DNA of 64,000 bases from an uncultured bacterium. GTDB taxonomy: Bacteria; Bacteroidota; Bacteroidia; Chitinophagales; UBA10324. Positions 27,305 to 37,034 of this stretch are shown one piece after another (within the stretch, counting starts at the first letter, position 1; each line of letters opens with the position of its first letter). The DNA lies in the NCBI GenBank assembly GCA_963977675.1, contig CAXBPY010000002.1, forward strand, positions 4,176-68,175, given 5' to 3'. The position numbers were made by a program, and so were the translations under genes. Below the pieces are notes generated by a model. That model was not told the origin of the DNA, did no database searches, and was given only the letters and a program-made list of their open reading frames with translations.

Positions 27305-27349
27305 AGTTCAAAAATAATTTTTCTATTTTGCCCTCGAAAAGATTTTTAC

Positions 27350-29131
27350 ATGAAAAAATTTCTACTTCTGTTTCTAATCTGTGTTTTTTCCTGTTCTGAA
27401 AATTTCGCTCAATGTCCGGGATGTAATATCAATACTGCTTATACTTCACCCGGTATTTATCCAAATCCACTTCCGGATGGAACACAAGGACAACCCTATG
27501 ATCAGGATGTAACATTTGTAATGTTTACAGATACGCAGGGGCTTACTGTAAATTATTTTAAAATAATTTCAGTCAGCAATTTGCCGTTCGGATTAAATTG
27601 GGAGTGCAACAATTCCGCGAATGGATGCGTGTATGATCCTGCAACCAGCATATATGGATGTGTTAAAGTATGCGGAACTCCGCTTCAAAATGGTACATAC
27701 AACATTGCGGTTGGTGTTCTGGCAAATCTTGCAGTCGTTGGGGATCAGAGTTCTACTATAAATATAGGACTAACAATCAATCCACCTTCAGGTGGTAACC
27801 CAAGTTTTACTTTGACACCTACCAGCGGCTGCGATTCTATATCTGTTGATTTTGATGCGCTGATAAATGGTACTCCAAACCCAACAAACTATTCCTGGAA
27901 TTTTGGAAATGGAAATAGCGGGACACAAATGCACGAGACACAGACATACACGACACCGGGAAATTATAATGTAACACTTCAAACCGACATCCTTGGATTC
28001 ATTTTAACAGATGTAAGTGTGAATTCTGTAAATGGAAACTGGTGCGGCGATGTTGAAGAACCTAATATTCCTTTTGTTGGTTGTTCGGGCGATCCTGACC
28101 TGGTTTTTATAATTGCTGATCAGGGAGGAAATACTATTTATACATCTTCAGAAGCTACTGATATGCAATCAGCCAGTTGGAACGGACTAAATGTTTCGCT
28201 ACTCTATCCACCTTTTTCCATTACCATTTGGGATATTGATGTCGTATCTCAAAATGATAATTTAGGAACTTTTGCTTTCAATGGAACTTCAGCCGGAGTA
28301 TTTCCTTTTAACGGTGCGGGCGGAACATCAGGAACAATAACTATCGCAACTACTGTTCTTGCAACTTATAATGATACTGCTATCGTTTCGGTTTTTGATT
28401 CGCCTGCTATTCCGGTTATTTCCTTCTCACCAAACGACACCATGTGCAATGGTGATACAATAATATTATCTATCAGCAATCCGAATAACTATGCAGTGCA
28501 GTGGTATAATGATTCTACTCAAATTGTCAATGCAACTGCCAATCAATATGCAGCAAGCACTACAGGAAATTACTCGGTAGTAGTTACAAACTCAAATGGG
28601 TGCTCAAAAGGTTCAGCTGTCACTCATATAACCGAACAACCAACACTGCCTACAATTACTTTTCAGATCCACGCCGACACACTGCAAACTTTTTTAACTA
28701 ATTACAATCTGCAATGGTTTCTTGATGGAGCCCCGATTTCGGGAGCAACGAATGATACATACATAATTTCTGACAGCGGAGAATACTTCCTATTGGCAAG
28801 TGATATTTTTGGGTGTGAGAGAAGTTCTGATACCTATCAGATTAATTATTCCATCTCACCCAATTTGCTTGAAAACATTTCAACTAATGTTTACCCAATT
28901 CCTGCAAAACACTTTATTCAAATAGATATTGCTGGCTGGAAAACCGGTAATGCTGATTTAAGTTTAATCGATATGGCCGGCCGAATTATTTATTCTGAGG
29001 AAATTTCTTCAGATAATTCCGGGTTAAGAAAAATTACACTGGAACTTAAAGATATAAGCGATGGATTTTATGTTTTAAAAATTGAAGGTTCAAATATTCT
29101 TATTCATCGCAAAATTGTCATCCGAGAGTAG
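27350..29131 (+). CDS. PKD-domain protein with Ig-like modules and T9SS C-terminal sorting domain
   Basis: The ATG at 27350 gives signal peptide MKKFLLLFLICVFSCSENFAQ. PKD-like NYSWNFGNGNSG...YTTPGNYNVTLQ. C-terminus VYPIPAKHFIQIDI...GFYVLKIEGSNILIHRKIVIRE. Confidence 0.8.
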   Translation: MKKFLLLFLICVFSCSENFAQCPGCNINTAYTSPGIYPNPLPDGTQGQPYDQDVTFVMFTDTQGLTVNYFKIISVSNLPFGLNWECNNSANGCVYDPATSIYGCVKVCGTPLQNGTYNIAVGVLANLAVVGDQSSTINIGLTINPPSGGNPSFTLTPTSGCDSISVDFDALINGTPNPTNYSWNFGNGNSGTQMHETQTYTTPGNYNVTLQTDILGFILTDVSVNSVNGNWCGDVEEPNIPFVGCSGDPDLVFIIADQGGNTIYTSSEATDMQSASWNGLNVSLLYPPFSITIWDIDVVSQNDNLGTFAFNGTSAGVFPFNGAGGTSGTITIATTVLATYNDTAIVSVFDSPAIPVISFSPNDTMCNGDTIILSISNPNNYAVQWYNDSTQIVNATANQYAASTTGNYSVVVTNSNGCSKGSAVTHITEQPTLPTITFQIHADTLQTFLTNYNLQWFLDGAPISGATNDTYIISDSGEYFLLASDIFGCERSSDTYQINYSISPNLLENISTNVYPIPAKHFIQIDIAGWKTGNADLSLIDMAGRIIYSEEISSDNSGLRKITLELKDISDGFYVLKIEGSNILIHRKIVIRE

Positions 29132-29237
29132 CTTATGTATTATATTTCAAACAATATCGTGTATTTTTGAAAACAAATATTTTGGCAATTAACATTTACA
29201 ACTATTTTGCACCCTGTGAAACAAAACCGGTAACTGA

Positions 29238-30014
29238 ATGAATAAAATTTTACTCCTAATAAGCTTCGCGTTATTTTTTTCTATAAATGCAAAAAGTCAA
29301 TGTACCCCTTCTTTTCAGGGAAGCGGTGCTGGCATTGAACCAGATAGCGCAACCAATTTACCACATGCAATTGAGGGCTTACCATATGATGCCTCAGTTC
29401 AATTTAAGGCTCCACTGGATACAACTGCCTCAGTTGGTGGTTTTCCGGTAAACATTACAATTGAAGATATCACTATCACAAGTGTTACCGGCCTCTCATC
29501 CATTCCAAATATTTCTCCATTCACTTATGTTCCAAATCCTGCTACAGGAGTTTTCTTGGGCGGCGGATTGGGATGTATTCAAATTACCGGCACTCCTGCA
29601 ATTGGAAGCGCGGGCACTTATCCGATCACTGTAAGCTTAGATGTTCACTTTCATATTATTGGAACAACTCAACAATTAACTCAACCTCAAACTGTATCAT
29701 TCTATAAAATTGTAGTTGACTCAAATACAGCCGCTCCTTCAATCAGCAAGGGGAAATTTGATGTTGCCCAAAATTTTCCAAATCCATTTTCAACTAAAAC
29801 AAGCCTGAGTTTTAATCTTCCTGTTGCTTCACAGGTTAATTTCAAGGTTTATGATTTGGTAGGAAATGTTATGGAGGAAAAAGTTATTGACGGAAAATCC
29901 GGAGTGAACACATTTATTTTTGATGGATCAGATTTAGATGAAGGAATTTATTTCTATAGTTTAGAAAGCAACAATGCTATTCTGACCAAGAGATTAATAA
30001 TTGAAAGAAAATAA
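29238..30014 (+). CDS. T9SS C-terminal sorting domain protein, function unknown
   Basis: 258 aa with a signal peptide. C-terminus NFPNPFSTKTSLSFNLP...GIYFYSLESNNAILTKRLIIERK. Confidence 0.75.
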   Translation: MNKILLLISFALFFSINAKSQCTPSFQGSGAGIEPDSATNLPHAIEGLPYDASVQFKAPLDTTASVGGFPVNITIEDITITSVTGLSSIPNISPFTYVPNPATGVFLGGGLGCIQITGTPAIGSAGTYPITVSLDVHFHIIGTTQQLTQPQTVSFYKIVVDSNTAAPSISKGKFDVAQNFPNPFSTKTSLSFNLPVASQVNFKVYDLVGNVMEEKVIDGKSGVNTFIFDGSDLDEGIYFYSLESNNAILTKRLIIERK

Positions 30015-30033
30015 TTACTGATAAATTATCTGA

Positions 30034-30067
30034 GAAAAGCAAGACAAATCGTCTTGCTTTTCTTTTT
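30034..30067 (+). terminator. intrinsic terminator
   Basis: 12-bp stem gaaaagcaagac/gtcttgcttttc with loop aaatc, followed by ttttt. Confidence 0.8.
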
Positions 30068-30129
30068 ACAGGAAATTTTTTTTGACCACATTTGCGACCA
30101 ACAAAAACTTAAATCAAATAAATAAAATT

Positions 30130-30294
30130 ATGGGAAGAGGAGATAAACGATCAGCCAAAGGAAAAAGATTCAAAGGATCATACGGCAACTCGCGTCCGCA
30201 GCGTGCAAAGAAAAATGCTCCTGCAAAAACAGCAGCACCGGCTCCGGCTAAAAAAACCGCTAAGAAGGCTGCAACTAAAAAGAAAGCTGAATAG
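30130..30294 (+). CDS. 30S ribosomal protein Thx with an Ala/Lys-rich C-terminal tail
   Basis: The ATG at 30130 gives MGRGDKRSAKGKRFKGSYGNSRPQRAKK. This parallels the Thermus Thx pattern [25 protein letters not shown]. The track ORF starts earlier, at 30082. Confidence 0.75.
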   Translation: MGRGDKRSAKGKRFKGSYGNSRPQRAKKNAPAKTAAPAPAKKTAKKAATKKKAE

Positions 30295-30318
30295 TTTTTT
30301 TAAAATTAAAAAGTCTGT

Positions 30319-30352
30319 AACCCTGATTCAAAACGAATCAGGGTTTTTCTTT
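30319..30352. terminator. intrinsic terminator between convergent genes
   Basis: 11-bp stem aaccctgattc/gaatcagggtt with loop aaaac, followed by tttttctttttt. Confidence 0.8.
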
Positions 30353-30369
30353 TTTATCAAAAGGATCAG

Positions 30370-31107
30370 TCAATAAGGGTAAACGGAAATCTCATTCTCA
30401 TTCATTACCCAAAGACAATGTTGAGCCACACGAACCAGTTTCGAATTTTCGGGAAGTACTGTGATCAAACGCTCTTCAAAATTTTTTGATAAATAAGTGA
30501 AAAGCGAATTTCCTTTTTGATAAAAAATATTTCCATTGACCACCTGAAATTGCTTCACCCCTTTAAGAGGGATTTTATAAATGAATGAACCAAACATATC
30601 GAAAGCTAGTATTCCCTGTGTTGAATCACTAACATAGAGCATTTGATTTTCCTCCATCATAAACTCAGGGTGAAATGCTTCAGAAGAAATTGAATTCAGC
30701 TGCACAGTTTCCTCTGTCTCTTTTAATTTCATATCAAATTTTTTCATTTTCATTTCTGCCTCATCATATACCCAAAAGCCACCATCGCCTGAATTACAAG
30801 CCACAGAAGGGTTCTGAATTCCAATAAATGATAAATTAATGTCCGTAATATATGAGAGAGTATTATCAAGAAAATAAATTGAACTGCTATTCCGATAAAG
30901 AACAAGGATTTTCAGTGAATTGGTGGCATCAATGGTTGCAACCTCTCCTTCTGCTTTTACCTGAAATTCAAATTGCCAGACACCCGTAGAATCATATTTA
31001 ACTATTTGATTTTTGTCAGTAACTACATAAGTATTCTTCAGATTATCGGTGGTAAAAAACAAAGCGTGTAATTGAATTGCAAACAACAGGTGCCAGATCG
31101 GTTGCAT
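30370..31107 (-). CDS. hypothetical protein
   Basis: 245-aa ORF whose start overlaps the lpxH stop by 1 nt. Repetitive beta-strand-like pattern, no nameable motif. Confidence 0.55.
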   Translation of the reverse strand: MQPIWHLLFAIQLHALFFTTDNLKNTYVVTDKNQIVKYDSTGVWQFEFQVKAEGEVATIDATNSLKILVLYRNSSSIYFLDNTLSYITDINLSFIGIQNPSVACNSGDGGFWVYDEAEMKMKKFDMKLKETEETVQLNSISSEAFHPEFMMEENQMLYVSDSTQGILAFDMFGSFIYKIPLKGVKQFQVVNGNIFYQKGNSLFTYLSKNFEERLITVLPENSKLVRVAQHCLWVMNENEISVYPY

Positions 31108-31883
31108 CAGTTTTGTTTTTTATAGAATTTCAATTCAACCTTCACGCCATCAAATACCGCATAACTATTATAACGAAGCCAGTCTCCCGTATTGATGTAG
31201 TGACTGCTTTCACTCAGTTTGAAATCAAGTGCAAGGTGTCTGTGTCCAAAAATAAAATAGTCGAAATGTTCCTGGCTTAACTTCTCTCTGCAATAACCAA
31301 TCAGCCATTCTTTCTTTTCGGTTAAGAATTTTTCTTCAACATTTCCATTCAGCCAACGATTGTCATAACTCCATTTTTTGCCCAACCAGACTCCGAAATT
31401 GGGGTGAAGCCGGGCAAAGCACCAGCGAAAAAATTTTGCATGAAATATTTTTTTTATGAATTTGTATTTGTAATCGCCTGGCCCTAATCCATCGCCATGG
31501 CCTATATGAAATTTCCTGCCATTACATTCAAAACTACTTTCATGGTGAAGAACTTTTATTCCCAGTTCTTCTTCAAAATAATTTTTCATCCATTGATCGT
31601 GATTTCCGGAAAAAAAATAAATCGGAATTTTTTTATCAGAGAGCGTTGCAAGTTTTCCAAGCACACGAACAAAACCTTTCGGTACTACCTCTCGATATTC
31701 AAACCAGAAATCAAACAAATCACCCAGAAGGAAAATGCATTGAGCATCCGTTGAAATTTCATCAAGCCAGTTGATAAATAATCTTTCGCGTGCTAAACTT
31801 TTTTCGCGATTCGGTACACCGAGATGCAAATCGCTTACGAAATAAATTTTTTTTCCGGATTCAACCGTTGAGGGAAATTGCAT
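31107..31883 (-). CDS. lpxH: UDP-2,3-diacylglucosamine diphosphatase
   Basis: 258 aa. Calcineurin-like metallophosphoesterase motifs SDLHLG, GDLFDFWFEY, GNHD and GHRH. Confidence 0.85.
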   Translation of the reverse strand: MQFPSTVESGKKIYFVSDLHLGVPNREKSLARERLFINWLDEISTDAQCIFLLGDLFDFWFEYREVVPKGFVRVLGKLATLSDKKIPIYFFSGNHDQWMKNYFEEELGIKVLHHESSFECNGRKFHIGHGDGLGPGDYKYKFIKKIFHAKFFRWCFARLHPNFGVWLGKKWSYDNRWLNGNVEEKFLTEKKEWLIGYCREKLSQEHFDYFIFGHRHLALDFKLSESSHYINTGDWLRYNSYAVFDGVKVELKFYKKQN

Positions 31884-32527
31884 CAGCGAACAGGGTCGTC
31901 AATCAAAAAAACATAAACCTCCTTTGGTCCATGCGCTCCCAGCACCAAAGTTTTTTCAATATCGGCTGTACGGCTAGGTCCGGTGGCGAATGAGATCATT
32001 GATGGAAGATTCCCTTCATACTTTTTCTGCAGAAATTGTGTAGCATCTTTCAAATCAAAAAACAATTGGGAAGTGTATGCAACAGTTATATGAACCGGAG
32101 GAAAAATCGGAAGGGTACGCCCGCTAAGTTGCCTGCTTGAGAGCAGCACAGTTCCGGTCCTGGCAATCAAACATTCACAAAGTGTAACGCCCGCATCTGC
32201 TTTGTCCAAAGATTTTCCGACACGGCATTTATTAAAATCAAACCGTTGAAATAAATCTTGCAGCGGATTTTCCCAGCAGAACAAGTGATTCCATTTTTTC
32301 TCTTCGGCTACATGCGAAATAGAATTTATAAATTCATTAATGCTGGCGCAGTAAATAAAATTTCCCTGAATCTTAGTGAACTCCTGGGCAAAAATTATAT
32401 CGAGCGAATCCTCAGGCGCTTTATAAACAGATAAATTCTGATCAGTGTTTGGAAAAGGAACCGAAGTTTTATGAATCAGTGCTTTCCGGATTTTTTTGAG
32501 AACTCTTTCCTTGCTGGTTGGTTCCAT
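31883..32527 (-). CDS. LUD-domain (LutC/YkgG-like) protein
   Basis: The internal ATG at 32527 gives MEPTSKERVLKKIRKAL, a typical family N-terminus. The upstream extension in the track is Cys-rich and implausible. The stop overlaps the lpxH start. Confidence 0.55.
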   Translation of the reverse strand: MEPTSKERVLKKIRKALIHKTSVPFPNTDQNLSVYKAPEDSLDIIFAQEFTKIQGNFIYCASINEFINSISHVAEEKKWNHLFCWENPLQDLFQRFDFNKCRVGKSLDKADAGVTLCECLIARTGTVLLSSRQLSGRTLPIFPPVHITVAYTSQLFFDLKDATQFLQKKYEGNLPSMISFATGPSRTADIEKTLVLGAHGPKEVYVFLIDDPVR

Positions 32528-32686
32528 GTTTTCAATACTTGCACAAATGTAATTGTTTGAACAATTAAAGTAAGGTAAAGTGATATCCATTGATAAACAA
32601 CAACTGCACTTATTCAATCAAACTATTAAACAAAATCCATTATACATGATTCCCAAATTGGCTCCTCTTATATTTGTTTTCACTGA

Positions 32687-34516
32687 ATGAAATTCAATAA
32701 ATTTTTTTTCGTACTAACAATTGTCATTGCTTCATGCAATACTGAAACAACCCAACAGTCGGCTCCTGATAATTCAAAAGTACTCACGCTGGCTGATGGC
32801 GATTACATTCAGTTTCCGGATGCAACAAAATGGAATGCTGACTGGAAAAAAGATAACACGCTCACCATTCACTGGATGCAGGAACCTGATAATCTGCATC
32901 CGTGCAACGGGCGCACGCTCTCCCGCTCCGTGGTGTTCTCGCTTATACATCGTTCGCTTGTAGCGCTCAATCCGCTTACGAGAAAACTTGCGGCTGATTT
33001 GATAAAAGAAATTCCGGAATCTGCAGATGGAAAAACTTTTCACTTCACTTTGCAAGATGAGCCGGCATTTAATGATGGAACGAAACTCACCACCGACGAT
33101 GTATTGTTTTCATTCAAGACTTACAAATGTTCGCTTGTGAATTCGGCAGTTCGCAATTCATCAAACGGGATTGAAAATGTAACAGCTGAAAGTGCTGAAT
33201 CTTTCACCATCACTTTTAAAAATGTTTTGGCCGGAAATCTTTTTTCGCTCACCGATTTCCCAATACTCGAGCGAAAATTTTATGATGCTGAAAATGTGTT
33301 GGGAAAATATTCATTCACCGATTTTGAAAAAGAAATGGTTGCCACAAAAGCCGATGCGCTCAGCATTTGGGCACAAAATTTTAACGACGGAAAATTTGGC
33401 AATGATGTTTCGCTCATTCAGGGATTAGGTGCTTACCAAATTACCGACTGGCAGCGCGGGCAAACACTCACGCTCACGAAAAAAGAAAATCACTGGACAC
33501 AAAAACTTTCTTCTGATATACTGAATCGCGCTTCGCCTGAAAAAATAATTTTCAAAATCATTACCGATGAAAATGCGCTGCTGCTTGCTGCACGAAACCA
33601 GGATTTTGATGCAAGCTTTTGGTTACCGGGAAAGGTGCTGATGGATTTGCAAAAAGATTCAGTGTTCAATCAGAATTATTATTCGTGCTACACGGCAAGT
33701 TACGATTACTCCTACATTGGTTTCAATACAAAACCTACTGACAGCAAGCGCGCCGAAATATTTGATGACCTGAATGTGCGCAAAGCATTTGCCTTGCTCA
33801 CGCCGGTCGATCAAATCATTGCAAACCTGCTTGGCGGGAAAGCATTGCGAATGACTTCCATCGTTTCTCCTCTGAAAAAAGATGTTTTCGTTTCATGGTT
33901 GAAGCCTTATGAATTCAATATTGATGAAGCGAAAAAATTATTGAGTGATGCCGGCTGGAGCGACACCGATGGCGATAAAATTCTTGATAAAAAAATCGGC
34001 GGAAAAAAAATTGAAATGAAAGTGGAATTGCTTTTCCCACTCGGGCCCAGCGTGATTCGCGACATGGCTCTGCTGCTTAAAGATGCTTATGCGAAAGCGG
34101 GAATTGATTTGCAGCCAGTGGTGCTCGACCCGAATGCGCTTGGTGCGCGCCTGGTGCAACACGACTTTGATATGTATCTCGGCGGATTGAGTTCTTCTTC
34201 GGCTCCCGATGATTTCACAAACAGCTGGAGTCATTCATCATGGCAAAATCATGGAATGAATTTTACCGGCTTCGGCAACGGAGCAACCGATGCCATCATT
34301 GATTCCATTAAATCATGCCTGAATGAATCAAAGCGAATTGAAACTGAGCGCGCATTTCAGAAAATGGTGTATGACGATTATCCGATTATCCCGCTTTACT
34401 ACAATGTGAAAAAGATTGCAGTGAATCGCCGCTGGGCAAATGTTATCGTGTGTTTTGATAAGCCATACATCTTGTTTGGCAATCTTGAGTTGATGAGCAA
34501 TAAACTTTCGTATTGA
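32687..34516 (+). CDS. ABC transporter substrate-binding lipoprotein (family 5, peptide/nickel type)
   Basis: 609 aa. Lipobox VIASC. Size and layout fit DppA/OppA-like SBPs, and it is followed by two DppB/C-like permeases. Confidence 0.75.
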   Translation: MKFNKFFFVLTIVIASCNTETTQQSAPDNSKVLTLADGDYIQFPDATKWNADWKKDNTLTIHWMQEPDNLHPCNGRTLSRSVVFSLIHRSLVALNPLTRKLAADLIKEIPESADGKTFHFTLQDEPAFNDGTKLTTDDVLFSFKTYKCSLVNSAVRNSSNGIENVTAESAESFTITFKNVLAGNLFSLTDFPILERKFYDAENVLGKYSFTDFEKEMVATKADALSIWAQNFNDGKFGNDVSLIQGLGAYQITDWQRGQTLTLTKKENHWTQKLSSDILNRASPEKIIFKIITDENALLLAARNQDFDASFWLPGKVLMDLQKDSVFNQNYYSCYTASYDYSYIGFNTKPTDSKRAEIFDDLNVRKAFALLTPVDQIIANLLGGKALRMTSIVSPLKKDVFVSWLKPYEFNIDEAKKLLSDAGWSDTDGDKILDKKIGGKKIEMKVELLFPLGPSVIRDMALLLKDAYAKAGIDLQPVVLDPNALGARLVQHDFDMYLGGLSSSSAPDDFTNSWSHSSWQNHGMNFTGFGNGATDAIIDSIKSCLNESKRIETERAFQKMVYDDYPIIPLYYNVKKIAVNRRWANVIVCFDKPYILFGNLELMSNKLSY

Positions 34517-34519
34517 TTC

Positions 34520-35620
34520 ATGCGCCGCCGAATCATTACACGAATTCTCTGGTTGTTCCCGGCGCTTCTTTTTGTTTCAATGTTGGTTTTTTTCATCACG
34601 CAACCGCAGGTTGATTTATCAAAGCTTAATGATCAACCGGCGGATATTTTTTCAGTGAATCAACTTCATTCTCAATCAAAACTTCCGCTTTTTTATTTTA
34701 CCGTTACCTCGCTAAACGAGCCCGACACTGTTTGGAAAATGACTGGCGATGAAAAGGAAAAGTTGCGCCTAAATTCTTCATGGAAAAAATATGTTCCTGC
34801 CATTCACTTTCATGCCGATAATCAGTATCACCGATGGCTTTTCGGCGATGACGAAAGCGGCTCGAAAGGAATTCTCAGGGGAGATTTCGGAAAATCTGCA
34901 CAAACGGGTTTGCCAGTAACCACGCAACTGCTGCCGAGGTTTTGCCGCTCGTTTGTTATAGTTTTTGTTTCACTATTGCTCGCTTTTTTCATTAGCATTC
35001 CGGTTTCGGTTTTTATGGTGTTGAACCCTCAGAAATTATTTTCAAAAACACTGCATGCCATTTTTCTTGTTCTCTATATCGCTCCAACCTTTTGGATCGC
35101 TGTTTTGTTGCTCATGCTTTTTGCCAATCCAAAAATGTTTTCTGTTTTTCCGTTGAGCGGCTGGCCAGAGAGCGGCTCAGGATTTCTTTCATATTGCTAT
35201 CATCTCATTCTTCCGGTCACTTGCTACTCGCTTGGTGCCATTGCATACTTCACCCGAATGCTTGAAACCAATCTGAAAGAAATTCTTCATTCAGAATTTA
35301 TCACAACGGCGCGCGCAAAAGGTTTGGCGCAGACAAAATCTGTTTTTCGTCATGCACTTCCGCACGCGATTATTCCTTCGCTCACCTTGCTTGGATATTT
35401 ATTTCCGCTGGCAGTTAGCGGCAGCGTGATTATCGAAACTGTTTTTTCCATTCCCGGTATGAGTCAGATGCTTTACCAGGCGGCTTTGGCCCAGGATGTA
35501 CCTGTGCTTGCAGCCATCTGCGTACTTTCTTGTTTACTCACACTCACCGGATTTTTACTCACAGAAATTTTGCAGGCATTCATTGACCCGCGGCTTCGAA
35601 ATTATTCTCAACCATCATGA
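34520..35620 (+). CDS. ABC transporter permease (DppB/OppB-like)
   Basis: 366 aa, multi-TM. EAA-type loop FITTARAKGLAQTKSVFRHALPHA. Confidence 0.85.
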   Translation: MRRRIITRILWLFPALLFVSMLVFFITQPQVDLSKLNDQPADIFSVNQLHSQSKLPLFYFTVTSLNEPDTVWKMTGDEKEKLRLNSSWKKYVPAIHFHADNQYHRWLFGDDESGSKGILRGDFGKSAQTGLPVTTQLLPRFCRSFVIVFVSLLLAFFISIPVSVFMVLNPQKLFSKTLHAIFLVLYIAPTFWIAVLLLMLFANPKMFSVFPLSGWPESGSGFLSYCYHLILPVTCYSLGAIAYFTRMLETNLKEILHSEFITTARAKGLAQTKSVFRHALPHAIIPSLTLLGYLFPLAVSGSVIIETVFSIPGMSQMLYQAALAQDVPVLAAICVLSCLLTLTGFLLTEILQAFIDPRLRNYSQPS

Positions 35621-36663
35621 GCACCGAAGCTATAATTCCTCCAAAAAATAACCGCGCGCTTCGGGCAGGAGTGATCTTGCTTCTGGCTTTGTTGGCATTA
35701 TGTTTTGGAATTTTATTTCCATCGGTTTTTGTTTTTGAAAATGACTGGAACAATATTCTTCAGCCACCATCTTCCTCTCATTTATTCGGAACCACTTCGC
35801 AGGGAATGGATTTGTTTGCCGGAATAATTAACGGGCTTGGCACTTCAATGCTTGTTGCATTTCTCGCTGTTGTGCACTCTGCTATTATTGGTTTTCCGCT
35901 TGCATTGTTTTGCTCGGCAACGGGAAACAAAGGGCGGGCCGGAATTATTCAGGTGATGGTGTTTTTATTATTCGCTTTCGTTTCGTGGTTCTATTCTTTT
36001 TATGTCAGAAGATTTTACAATGAAGATTCTTCTGTGCAAACAGTAATTTCTTTTTTGATTTTCATTCTCATGCTTCTCGCAGGATTTTTGATCTCCAAAA
36101 AAATATTTTCGTTCAGCAAAAATTTCATTTCAGTTTCTCTTCCGGTTGACACATTATTTACCACCCTTGCCGATATCATTACTTCGTTTCCCATGCTGAT
36201 GATCATACTGACGATTACTGCGCTTTCAAAACCATCGCTGTGGTTAGTTATTCTGGTTATTGGGCTTACCACCTGGACAGGAATATTCCGCATTGTCAGA
36301 TCAGCGGCAATGCAAGTAATGCAACAGGATTTTATAACTGCTGCGCGTGCCATGGGAACGAACGAAGCACGGATAATCATGAAACATATTTTGCCCGCAG
36401 TGCTTCCGCTACTTGCAGTTCACATTGCATTTACTTTTTCGGCAGCAATTGTTCTGGAATCTGCACTCTCATTTCTCGGCGCTGGACTGCCGGTTGGTAC
36501 TGTTACACTCGGTTCGCTGCTGGCCGATGCCAAATCAAATTTCAGCGCGTGGTGGCTGGTTGTTTTTCCCGGGGCAATTTTGTTTCTTCTTTTATTATCG
36601 CTCCAACTTATTGCAAGTGGTTTACAGAAAAAATTTAATCCAAGATTACATTCGTCCTTATGA
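35617..36663 (+). CDS. ABC transporter permease (DppC/OppC-like)
   Basis: 348 aa, multi-TM. EAA-type loop FITAARAMGTNEARIIMKHILP. Overlaps the previous gene by 4 nt. Confidence 0.85.
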   Translation: MSTEAIIPPKNNRALRAGVILLLALLALCFGILFPSVFVFENDWNNILQPPSSSHLFGTTSQGMDLFAGIINGLGTSMLVAFLAVVHSAIIGFPLALFCSATGNKGRAGIIQVMVFLLFAFVSWFYSFYVRRFYNEDSSVQTVISFLIFILMLLAGFLISKKIFSFSKNFISVSLPVDTLFTTLADIITSFPMLMIILTITALSKPSLWLVILVIGLTTWTGIFRIVRSAAMQVMQQDFITAARAMGTNEARIIMKHILPAVLPLLAVHIAFTFSAAIVLESALSFLGAGLPVGTVTLGSLLADAKSNFSAWWLVVFPGAILFLLLLSLQLIASGLQKKFNPRLHSSL

Positions 36664-36977
36664 TAATTTATAATGTCACTGTTAAGGTGGAAAGCACTGT
36701 AGCTGTTGAATGGCTTGAGTGGATGCAACAAATTCATATTCCGGATGTGATGAACACAGGATGTTTTGTTTCTTATCGTATCAGCAGTTTACTGAACGAC
36801 GAAGACTCGGAGAATCCAACTTTTATTATCCAATACAATTGCGCCTCGATAGAAAACTTTAAAAAATACGAATTGCAATTCGCAACCAATCTTCGGAATG
36901 ATGTGACAAAAAAATTTGGCGAACGATTCGTTGCATTTCGCACGCTGATGGAAGAAATTTCGAATAGCGGAAACTGA
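36660..36977 (+). CDS. DUF4286-like small protein
   Basis: 105 aa. MIIYNVTVKVESTVAVEWLEWMQQIHIPDVMNTGCF matches my recollection of DUF4286. Overlaps the permease gene by 4 nt. Confidence 0.55.
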   Translation: MIIYNVTVKVESTVAVEWLEWMQQIHIPDVMNTGCFVSYRISSLLNDEDSENPTFIIQYNCASIENFKKYELQFATNLRNDVTKKFGERFVAFRTLMEEISNSGN

Positions 36978-37010
36978 AAACAATTCTGATATCTCAGTTT
37001 AATCCAATTT

Positions 37011-37034
37011 ATCTTTCAAAGTTTACTGAAAGAT
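37011..37034. terminator. AT-rich hairpin between convergent genes
   Basis: atctttca (37011-37018) pairs with tgaaagat (37027-37034), with an 8-nt loop. Touches the stop codon of the 37034 gene. Confidence 0.35.

Noticed and set aside
27293-27349. N-terminal extensions suggested by the ORF track. Examples: 27293, 30082, 47169, 52938, 32617, 11612 and 1691 versus the internal starts I used.
   Set aside because: In each case an internal ATG immediately precedes a canonical signal peptide or family-typical N-terminus. The extension is non-conserved-looking, overlaps a divergent gene or a promoter-like box, or both.
32687-36663. Apparent higher GC content of the ABC transporter block (and of 50.5-55.2 kb) as a sign of a horizontally acquired island.
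   Set aside because: This is judged by eye only. There are no flanking repeats, tRNA, integrase or mobility genes, and conserved membrane or metabolic genes often run GC-richer in AT-rich genomes. It needs a windowed GC/codon computation before any claim.
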